In this document: piece by piece, positions 1 to 6,280 of the stretch
Position numbering within the stretch: position 1 is the first letter of the stretch
Layout of the letters: each line of letters begins with the position of its first letter
Source: a virus
Lineage: Duplodnaviria; Caudoviricetes
IMG/VR virus record: IMGVR_UViG_3300017560_000159
Location: 1 to 39,938 of that record
DNA: 39,938 bases
Reading direction: 5' to 3' (one strand)
Translations under genes and position numbers: made by a program
Notes under the pieces: model-generated
Told to the model about the DNA's origin: nothing
Seen by the model: only the letters and a program-made list of their open reading frames with translations
Databases searched by the model: none

Positions 1-60
1 GTTTCCGGGAGGCGATCGCCCCAGACTTTCGACCCGCCCCCCCCTGCCTGCCGCCCGCCC
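1..60. other. Left end: part of the cos packaging region
   Basis: Minus strand reads GGGGGGGGCGGGTCGAAAGTCTGGGGCGATCGCCTCCCGGAAAC up to the end. It lies downstream of the HNH gene, and the other window end lies just upstream of terS, the usual HNH-cos-terS order of HK97-like phages. Confidence 0.6.
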
Positions 61-193
61 TGCCCGGTGCCGATGCCCCTGACGCCCGCGCACAGGCCCT
101 ACAGGACGCGACGGCGGCACCGATGACCGTCGGGCATGCCCTGAATGCCGAGCCTCGCTACGGCCTTCGAGCAAGCCGCGTGGATCCGGCAGG

Positions 194-559
194 TCAGAGA
201 TAGACCATGCCCTCGGGCAACACCCCACCGCGTCGCGGTTCGGACCCCGCCTTCGAGTTTGCCCCTGGGGCCGAATCTGATGCGCAGCCCGCCATGATCT
301 CGGCGAAAAGGGTTTCGAGGCCTTTCGTCATCGCGGCCGCCATAGCCGCCTCAAGCTGACCCTTCCGCGCTTGTCGGTACGCAGAGACGGCGGCGGCACA
401 GATGCGCGTCTGGTCGAGACCGTTGATTCCTTTATGTGACAGCCACGCGCCCAGGTCGGCCTCGAACTTCGCGGTGTCGCAATGCACTTGCAGCGCGATC
501 CGCTGGGTTGTCCATTCGTCCAGCGCGCCAATGGTCTTGTTGTCGTCCAATCTCGTCAT
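194..559 (-). CDS. Hypothetical protein
   Basis: ORF 194..631; likely start MTRLDD at 559 overlapping the HNH stop (ATGA coupling) with an upstream AAGGG. Confidence 0.6.
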   Translation of the reverse strand: MTRLDDNKTIGALDEWTTQRIALQVHCDTAKFEADLGAWLSHKGINGLDQTRICAAAVSAYRQARKGQLEAAMAAAMTKGLETLFAEIMAGCASDSAPGANSKAGSEPRRGGVLPEGMVYL

Positions 560-876
560 CCCTTCAAGTCGCTTGCCGTCTTGGCAACGTGGCATCCCAC
601 CTTGCGGCCCTGCGCGTCGTAATGTACGCACAGCACCTGTGAGTTTTCGTCCGTGTCATGCCCGCCCTGGAAGAGCGGCACCTTGTGGTCCAGCTCGAAC
701 CCGTCGGGATACGCGGTCACCGCGCCGCAGTGGGCGCAGTGCGGATCGGCAGACCAGACACGCAACCGGCGGTCTTGCAGCTTTCGGCCCGTCATGCGCT
801 TGGCGCTGGGCGTCGGCGCTGTGGCCAGCCTGGAGCCGGCCATTGCAAGGCGCGGCTTGAGTGTCGTGAGTTTCAT
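556..876 (-). CDS. HNH endonuclease (terminase-associated, HK97 gp74-like)
   Basis: CAHC...ELDHKVPLFQGG...N.QVLC...CH..KT motif; next to cos; start MKLTTLKPRL after GAGGG. Confidence 0.9.
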   Translation of the reverse strand: MKLTTLKPRLAMAGSRLATAPTPSAKRMTGRKLQDRRLRVWSADPHCAHCGAVTAYPDGFELDHKVPLFQGGHDTDENSQVLCVHYDAQGRKVGCHVAKTASDLKG

Positions 877-1076
877 GCCGATTCCCTCTGTGATCTTGCC
901 GGGTGCTATCCACTGCACACCGCCCGGCGGCGATGATCAACCTCCCGCACGCCATGCCCAGCGCGCGGCCCCTCGATAGCGAGAAGGGGGAGTAGTACGA
1001 TTAGGAGCGCCCCGCAGGCAGATAGCGGCAGAGCTGCGGGAATGTCATTGCCCTTGAATGCGGAGGAGATCACGCA

Positions 1077-1448
1077 ATGCGCGTCCTGATCGTTGACGAC
1101 GATTTGATGACTGCTGAAATAACCGCCGATTGCTTGATGATGGATCCTGCTGTCTCGGTCCAGATCGCTGGCGACGGTGCAACAGCTCTACGTATTGCGG
1201 CCGAGTTTTTGCCCGACGCAATTCTTTTGGATATCCAGCTGACCGATATGTCGGGTCTTTACCTAGCTCCGCGACTTAAGGCAATCTGCCCCGACCGCGC
1301 GCCCCGTGTCATTCTTTTCAGCGGCAGCGTTCAAGAAACGGATTCCGATTACTTGCCGGATGGCGTAGATGCTTGGCTAACGAAGCCTGCGCATCTCGAT
1401 GCGTTGCTGGACTGCATCTTTCGACCGACAGGCGAAAAAAGGAGTTGA
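1077..1448 (+). CDS. Single-domain response regulator receiver (CheY-like)
   Basis: RVLIVDDD acidic pocket, phosphoacceptor D52 (ILLDIQL), S82, K103-P; no output domain; RBS GGAGG. Confidence 0.9.
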   Translation: MRVLIVDDDLMTAEITADCLMMDPAVSVQIAGDGATALRIAAEFLPDAILLDIQLTDMSGLYLAPRLKAICPDRAPRVILFSGSVQETDSDYLPDGVDAWLTKPAHLDALLDCIFRPTGEKRS

Positions 1449-1474
1449 CCAACTAGGGCATAATGTCCTATTAT
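1445..1474 (+). promoter_or_regulatory. Sigma70 promoter overlapped by a KorC-type operator
   Basis: -35 TTGACC (1445-1450), -10 TATTAT (1469-1474); TAGGGCATAATGTCCTA (1454-1470) is one mismatch from the IncP-1 KorC operator TAGGGCATAATGCCCTA. Confidence 0.8.
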
Positions 1475-1525
1475 TCATTTCAAGGCCGGCGCACACCGCG
1501 CAAGGTCACCTACCGGAGAACTCCG

Positions 1526-1975
1526 ATGAACCAGCAAGAACAAGCCACCGTCCAAGCCGCAATCGCGATCCTGGACAGGCACCTGAAGCAGCCCGGCGTT
1601 GCAGCCAACAGCCCCAAGGCCATCAAGCAACTGCTGCGCCTGGCGCTGGAAACCGAAGAGCGCGAAGTCTTCTTCGTTCTCTTCATGGACTCGCAGCTCC
1701 GCCTGCTGTCTGCCGAACCCCTCTTCTACGGCACGATTGACCAAGCCCCGGTGTTCCCCCGCGAAGTCGCCCGCCGCGCTCTGATGCTGAACGCTGCGGC
1801 CCTCGTCATCGCCCACAATCACCCGTCCGGCAATGCCACCCCGTCCGAAGCGGACAAGCGCATCACCAAGACCCTGCGCGCGGCGCTGGAACTCTTCGAT
1901 GTGCGTCTGCTTGACCACTTCGTGGTGGGGTCCGGTCAGATGACCTCGTTCGCAGAAGCTGGCCTGATGAACTAA
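1526..1975 (+). CDS. radC: RadC-family JAB domain protein (mobile-element type)
   Basis: EREVF...GTIDQAPVFPREV...AHNHPSG..PS.AD...LLDHFVVG; start MNQQEQ after GGAG. Confidence 0.9.
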   Translation: MNQQEQATVQAAIAILDRHLKQPGVAANSPKAIKQLLRLALETEEREVFFVLFMDSQLRLLSAEPLFYGTIDQAPVFPREVARRALMLNAAALVIAHNHPSGNATPSEADKRITKTLRAALELFDVRLLDHFVVGSGQMTSFAEAGLMN

Positions 1976-1983
1976 CAAGGAGG

Positions 1984-2001
1984 GGCCCGGGAAACCGGGC
2001 C
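1984..2001 (+). other. GC-rich hairpin between radC and korC
   Basis: GGCCCGG-GAAA-CCGGGCC; weak U tract, so possibly a partial terminator or stabilising stem. Confidence 0.5.
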
Positions 2002-2010
2002 TATTGACCT

Positions 2011-2280
2011 ATGGAAACTCGCGTACCCTACGGCGCCCCCGCGATCCGTCCGGAATGTCTCCGGTCTTTTGCCGACGGCTGGCAGCAACCCGAAGCGGGC
2101 GAAGTGCGCGCTGTGCTGTCTATGGCCGGCCTGACCGGCGGCGAAGCGGCAAAGCTGCTCGGGATCTCGGACGGCAGGACTATCCGGCGCTGGACCGGCG
2201 GCGATTCGCCTATCCCCTTCGCTGCCTGGGCGATCCTGTGCAACGTGGCAGGCCTGGGCGTGATCTGGGCCAAGCAATAG
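2011..2280 (+). CDS. korC: KorC-family HTH transcriptional repressor
   Basis: IRPECL...WQQP...EVRAVL..AGLTGGEAAKLLG...RTIRRWTGGDSPIPFAAWAILC..AGLG.IW closely matches the IncP-1 KorC sequence as I recall it; a matching operator lies upstream. Confidence 0.85.
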   Translation: METRVPYGAPAIRPECLRSFADGWQQPEAGEVRAVLSMAGLTGGEAAKLLGISDGRTIRRWTGGDSPIPFAAWAILCNVAGLGVIWAKQ

Positions 2281-2323
2281 CAGCGAAATTCTCTTGCATC
2301 ACAACACGCAAGGAGTGCCACAA

Positions 2324-2590
2324 ATGAGCAAAGACAAGCGCTTGGATATGGACGCAGCGCGAAAGCTAAACCTGACACTGGCCACCGGCAAAGTCGAGTG
2401 CCAGGTCTCCAATCGTTGGCTTCAGTTCCCGAGCGAAGCTCCGCAGTTTTCCGACGGTGCATACGTGTTCGTGAACGTGATGACGGAATCGGAGACCGGG
2501 ACTGAGCGCAAGCTTTGCGAGCTCATTCTCCGAAAGCACGAGCTCGAGGAAGTGTTGTCGAGGGTCCGGGTGCGGCCTAGCGGCGATTAG
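2324..2590 (+). CDS. Hypothetical protein
   Basis: Strong RBS AAGGAG before ATG 2324; follows korC on the same strand. Confidence 0.7.
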   Translation: MSKDKRLDMDAARKLNLTLATGKVECQVSNRWLQFPSEAPQFSDGAYVFVNVMTESETGTERKLCELILRKHELEEVLSRVRVRPSGD

Positions 2591-2805
2591 CCTGGTCCGA
2601 CCGCAGCGCCGCTCTCGCCAAGCGGCAGCGCCGACACGTCAAAGACGGAATGCGGAGGCAGAATCTCGGCGTACATCCGCGATTCGGCGCCCGCCTTGAT
2701 AGCTGCGTCGCATTGCACGCAATAGGTGTCGGCACTTTTACGCACGATCTGCGTGAAGTTGCGAAAGTAGCCTTGGCATCGATCGCACTGCATTTCCAGA
2801 CACAT
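2587..2805 (-). CDS. Small putative zinc-ribbon protein
   Basis: CDRC...CVQC; RBS GGGGA before ATG 2805. Confidence 0.55.
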   Translation of the reverse strand: MCLEMQCDRCQGYFRNFTQIVRKSADTYCVQCDAAIKAGAESRMYAEILPPHSVFDVSALPLGESGAAVGPG

Positions 2806-2816
2806 AGCGAATTCCC

Positions 2817-2860
2817 CAAAAGACAAGCCCCCGCTCGAATATCCGGCGGGGGCTTTCGTT
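2817..2860. terminator. Probable (bidirectional) intrinsic terminator after tRNA-Ser
   Basis: AAGCCCCCGC...GCGGGGGCTT stem with T-rich flanks on both strands. Confidence 0.65.
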
Positions 2861-2864
2861 TATG

Positions 2865-2952
2865 TGGCGGGCAATGCAGGATTCGAACCTGCGGGGCGGC
2901 GTCACCCTACGGGTTAGCAACCCGCTGCTTTCGGCCTCTCAGCCAATTGCCC
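2865..2952 (-). tRNA. tRNA-Ser(GCU)
   Basis: GGGCAAT/ATTGCCC acceptor, G discriminator, encoded CCA, anticodon loop TTGCTAA, long variable arm, GCAGG-TTCGAAT-CCTGC T arm. Confidence 0.93.
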
Positions 2953-2959
2953 TAAAGAA

Positions 2960-3084
2960 GTGCCGGGCCAGATGTGTGCTGCAAATGGAATCGTTGCACA
3001 CCCACGCCCTAAACGCGCTCTCTATCTTGAACTCGCTTAGGGATGATTCCACTGAATGCCAGTTATTCCCCGGCTGGGGCATTT
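2960..3084 (-). ncRNA. Candidate structured RNA between the ribozyme and tRNA-Ser
   Basis: Helices AATGCC/GGCATT, GTGGAATC/GATTCCAT and CCCTAAGCG/CGTTTAGGG, plus a crossing GTGTGC/GCACAC pairing. Confidence 0.45.
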
Positions 3085-3130
3085 CCGCGCGACCTATCGG
3101 TTTCGGCTATTCAAGCCTCATCAGGCACGG
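3085..3130 (-). ncRNA. Type I hammerhead ribozyme
   Basis: CCGUGC-CUGAUGA-GGCU(UGAAU)AGCC-GAAA-CC(GAUA)GG-UC^GCGCGG: full canonical core, three stems, GUC cleavage triplet (cut between 3091 and 3090). Confidence 0.88.
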
Positions 3131-3132
3131 TG

Positions 3133-3205
3133 TGGAGCGGGCAGAGGGAATCGAACCCTCGCTGCACGGCTTGGAAGGCCGGCGGCTCACCATGAGCATG
3201 CCCGC
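3133..3205 (-). tRNA. tRNA-Gly(UCC) with atypical D arm
   Basis: GCGGGCA/TGCCCGC acceptor, U discriminator, CCA, anticodon loop CTTCCAA, GAGGG-TTCGATT-CCCTC T arm; short D loop and 4-bp anticodon stem. Confidence 0.75.
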
Positions 3206-3324
3206 GGGTTGCGCGGCTGGGATTCGAACCCAGGGACCCCACAGCATCGGATGCGCGCTCCGCTGCAAGGTCTATAGCGGCATCACCCTTCGTCCAGACC
3301 TTCCGGCATCTCGGGCACCGCGCA
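3206..3324 (-). ncRNA. tRNA-like RNA with enlarged centre and no canonical anticodon arm
   Basis: Acceptor TGCGCGG/CCGCGCA followed by ACCC, T arm CTGGG-TTCGAAT-CCCAG, class-II-like D region; 119 nt. Confidence 0.6.
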
Positions 3325-3360
3325 AAAACAAAACCCGCCGGCTTTCGCGTGGCGGGTTTC
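3325..3360 (-). terminator. tR'-like intrinsic terminator after the late promoter
   Basis: AAACCCGCC...GGCGGGTTTTGTTTTT on the minus strand. Confidence 0.8.
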
Positions 3361-3394
3361 GTGGGCGGACTTCTGAGGAAATCCGTTATCGGTG

Positions 3395-3423
3395 ATTATG
3401 GCGGGAGTTTTCCGCACAGTCAA
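3395..3423 (-). promoter_or_regulatory. Late promoter (pR'-like)
   Basis: TTGACT-17 bp-CATAAT immediately after the Q-like gene, followed by a terminator. Confidence 0.85.
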
Positions 3424-3426
3424 CGA

Positions 3427-4017
3427 TCAGGGGATAAATCCTCCATCGCGCAGCAGCTTCTCGGCTGCGGCGTGCGCGGCTTGTTCGACACCGTAGATGG
3501 GCTCAGCGCCTTTCTTCTCGCGCGTCCCACGCAGCCAGTCGTTCGCCCTGGCGCTGGCCCGCTCCACGCTGCGCACCTTGCACGCATACTCATCGGCCAA
3601 GGATTGCAGGGTCCGAACGGTGCCGCTGTCGTAGTAGCGGCGCACGAGGGCGTACAGCAGCTCACTGTGGGCGGTACGCATAGACAGGTGCGCGCCCAGC
3701 CTCCCCGCGATCTTGTACATTGCAGCCGTCCACCCGGGGTGATCCGCTTCGCTGTGGCAGTGCTTGCAGCTTGCCACGCGCTGACCATAGCGGGCGTGCA
3801 GTACGGCCACATGCAGCGGGTCCAGGTTCCGTTCCAGGAACTGGCGAACCTTCCCGATCTCCGCGCAGCCGTCGGCACCAGAAAGCGGCCCCGGCTCGCC
3901 CAGGCGCATGTCTGCCGCGCGCGCCATCGCCGGCCGGTTCAGCGTATGCCGCTCATCGCTGAATGCGTACGCCAGCGCAACGGCCAGGCGCGCAAAAGGC
4001 GTATTGCGTTCGCTCAT
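3427..4017 (-). CDS. Late antitermination/activator protein (Q-like)
   Basis: Last early gene before the pR'/tR' pair; CKHC motif and C-terminal HTH-like segment. Confidence 0.7.
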   Translation of the reverse strand: MSERNTPFARLAVALAYAFSDERHTLNRPAMARAADMRLGEPGPLSGADGCAEIGKVRQFLERNLDPLHVAVLHARYGQRVASCKHCHSEADHPGWTAAMYKIAGRLGAHLSMRTAHSELLYALVRRYYDSGTVRTLQSLADEYACKVRSVERASARANDWLRGTREKKGAEPIYGVEQAAHAAAEKLLRDGGFIP

Positions 4018-4385
4018 GCTTCCTCCGGCATCACGTAGACCGGATACACCGGCGCGGGCTCATGACTGCCGCCAGCGATGCGCAGCCACGTGTTGAGCTG
4101 TTCCAGAGCCTCCGCATCGTGGCGCGGGTGTGCCGCCCAGAAAAGCATCCACTGGCCCCGCTCCGTCTCGCTGAGCGTCATCAGGTGCTTGGCCAACAGG
4201 CGGTCCAGGGTGGCGCGGTCAGCGAGCGCCACGCCCCCACGGCAGCGCCAGCAGCGGCACGGCGCGTATGCCATGCCAGCATCGGCTTGCGATTCCGACG
4301 GGTTGTGAACGCGCGCGGCGGGTGCGGCCTGGCGCTCCTTATAGGGAATTTCCAGCCAGGTGTCAGGGTTGTTGTGATCGAGCAT
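4014..4385 (-). CDS. Hypothetical protein
   Basis: Likely start MLDHNN after GAGG; CRCWRC motif; stop overlaps the Q-like start. Confidence 0.6.
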   Translation of the reverse strand: MLDHNNPDTWLEIPYKERQAAPAARVHNPSESQADAGMAYAPCRCWRCRGGVALADRATLDRLLAKHLMTLSETERGQWMLFWAAHPRHDAEALEQLNTWLRIAGGSHEPAPVYPVYVMPEEA

Positions 4386-4395
4386 GATCAGTTCC

Positions 4396-4794
4396 TCAAA
4401 CGATTCCAGGGTTGTAGGGAGGGACGCGCAGCAGGCGCGCCACAAGCTCAACCGCAGAGCCGTCGCGGACGGTGCTCTCGGTAAAGCGCAACACCTTCCA
4501 GCCCGCAAGGGTGGCGGCGTTGTACTTCTCGCAATCAGCGACGAATCCGGATCCACGGGTGTGACGCCCGTTCGTCCATACGCCGCCTTCAATCTCGACC
4601 GCGATCTTTTGATCCGGCCAAGCAAAATCGAAGCGCCAGAGGCGCGGGGGCGCGAAGCGGTACTCCCGCTGCGGCTCCAGCACCTTCAAGGCGCGTGCAT
4701 CGCGCGCGAAGCGCTCCTCAAGCGCGCTCGGGGCCTTGGGGGCGCGCTTCGCCGTCATTGCCGCCACGGGGGCGCGTACTGTGCGGGTCGCCAT
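4396..4794 (-). CDS. PD-(D/E)XK endonuclease (DUF559/Vsr-like, possible resolvase)
   Basis: EYRF...WRFDFAWP..KIAVEIEGG.W..GRHTRG.GF..DCEKYN.A...GWKVLRFT. Confidence 0.85.
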   Translation of the reverse strand: MATRTVRAPVAAMTAKRAPKAPSALEERFARDARALKVLEPQREYRFAPPRLWRFDFAWPDQKIAVEIEGGVWTNGRHTRGSGFVADCEKYNAATLAGWKVLRFTESTVRDGSAVELVARLLRVPPYNPGIV

Positions 4795-4988
4795 CAAGCC
4801 GCCCCCGTGCGCGCCAGCGCCCTGTTGTGGCAGTTCACTAAGATCGTGTGCCACTCGCCGCGGCGGGCCCAGTAGGTCCGGCGGCATTCCTCGACCTCGG
4901 TCAGGTTGAATTCCTTCATCTGCACCAACTCCATCAGCCGGTTTTCGATCTTGGCCGGCAGCGCCTCTGTGTTCTTCTGTTGTGTCAT
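4794..4988 (-). CDS. Hypothetical protein
   Basis: 64-aa ORF coupled to the nuclease start (TGATG). Confidence 0.55.
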   Translation of the reverse strand: MTQQKNTEALPAKIENRLMELVQMKEFNLTEVEECRRTYWARRGEWHTILVNCHNRALARTGAA

Positions 4989-5034
4989 CTACTTGCCTAC
5001 ATCCTTTGTTCTTAGCCACCTGAACCCGAGCTGG

Positions 5035-5215
5035 ACAAGACCAGCCATTCCTAGACTGGCCTTCACATGAACCGTCGCCGTATCCATGACCCGCCAGCCG
5101 TTCGATGTTCGGGCGCTAGCTTCGCCACCCTTATGCCTGTCTCAACATCTTTCCCACGGTAGGCAATCTTCCCCAGGCGCCGCGGTTAAGGTGTCCCACC
5201 GCCTGGGTGCTGTAA
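5035..5215 (-). ncRNA. Candidate pseudoknotted RNA (or structured origin) after the primase
   Basis: Five helices plus a crossing GATGTT/AACATC pairing; several G-U pairs on the minus strand. Confidence 0.5.
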
Positions 5216-5225
5216 ATCGCGGCTG

Positions 5226-5426
5226 CTATCCGGCAGCCTTACGCTCTGACTTCGCCTTGATGCGCCTACACGTGTCACACACGCTGGCGGCACCGGGCGC
5301 ATCGACCACAACAAAGCTGCTGTTGGGATGGATGACGCCGTTCTCGTAGGCATGGCACAAGCTGTCGGCGCCGCCCCATATGTGCGCCTTCCTGCTCGGC
5401 TTCCGTTTGTGTACGAGATACTTCAT
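5226..5426 (-). CDS. Small Cys/His-containing hypothetical protein
   Basis: H...LC...CDTC; start overlaps the primase stop; RBS GAGG. Confidence 0.65.
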   Translation of the reverse strand: MKYLVHKRKPSRKAHIWGGADSLCHAYENGVIHPNSSFVVVDAPGAASVCDTCRRIKAKSERKAAG

Positions 5427-6280
5427 AGGACCTCTCTCCTGGCAGTCATCAGCTTCATGGCGACGGGCAGCACCCCGGCGCGCATGTGCATGTCGTTGGC
5501 GTCTTCGCCGATTACGTCGCTCATGCAGTAGGCCAGGCCGGCATCCTTTGCCGCGCGCTCGCCCGCACCGCTCTTGTCGTTGTCGGCGAAGGCGTACTTC
5601 TTGCCAGACACCAGGCCGGCAACGTGGCGCATGTTGCTATCGCTGAAGCAGACCAGGACGGACGCATTCAGGCGCATTTGCTTCATCGCTGCGTCGATGG
5701 ACAGGCCGGTCGCGTAGCCCTCGCAGAGAACCGTTTCCAGCGCGCTGGCGGGCCCAATGCGCAGCACGGCACCGCCGGCGCGCATGCCCGTCGCCATGCG
5801 CTTGACCCAGGCGCGTTCTACCGCGTCCCAGCGCACGGTCTGCACGCCCAGGATGCGGTTGTCGGAAACGTCGCGCATGGGGATCACCAGCGCATCGTCA
5901 GGTGCCACAAGGCCCTTCGCGTCAGGGAAGCCCTTGCGATGCAGATAGCCGTGAACCTGCGGCACGCAGCTACGGATAAGCGCCTCGGCTTGGCGTGCGG
6001 CCTGGACCTGGCGCGCGATTCGCTGCTGGCGCTCACCGTCGCGCTTGCGTGCCCATTCCCGCTTTTCCTCGTCCGTCCAGGGTTTGATCTCGCCGCCGTA
6101 CCAATGGACTTCACCGTCACCATCCCAGGCCATGACCCAGCCGCGTTGACCGTCCCAGAAGTACGCCCCGTTCTTGCTGCGCTCGTGCGCGGTCGTGGCG
6201 CAGCGCCGGATGCGGTCGCTCGGGTACAGATCGCCGACCAGGACGCCGCAAGCCCGCGCGAATTCGCTAAACGTTTGCAT
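5423..6280 (-). CDS. TOPRIM-domain DNA primase
   Basis: LCEGYATGLSI, FADND..GAG, DAND motifs; start MQTFSEF after GGGGG. Confidence 0.9.
   Translation of the reverse strand: MQTFSEFARACGVLVGDLYPSDRIRRCATTAHERSKNGAYFWDGQRGWVMAWDGDGEVHWYGGEIKPWTDEEKREWARKRDGERQQRIARQVQAARQAEALIRSCVPQVHGYLHRKGFPDAKGLVAPDDALVIPMRDVSDNRILGVQTVRWDAVERAWVKRMATGMRAGGAVLRIGPASALETVLCEGYATGLSIDAAMKQMRLNASVLVCFSDSNMRHVAGLVSGKKYAFADNDKSGAGERAAKDAGLAYCMSDVIGEDANDMHMRAGVLPVAMKLMTARREVL

Noticed and set aside
2948-2954. Second KorC operator (TGCCCTA)
   Set aside because: Half-site only, explained by the tRNA-Ser acceptor stem.
2953-3060. Pistol, twister or HDV/theta ribozyme
   Set aside because: CCCTAAGCG and TTAGGG occur in the wrong order for pistol and form a simple hairpin; no pyrimidine-rich L3 or P2 partner for HDV; twister core not found.
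3240-3305. HDV-like ribozyme inside the tRNA-like RNA
   Set aside because: AAGGTCT/AGACCTT could be P1, but there is no G-U first pair, P2 partner or L3 consensus.
2862-3395. 177-aa plus-strand ORF
   Set aside because: Antisense to tRNAs and the ribozyme; no recognisable protein features.
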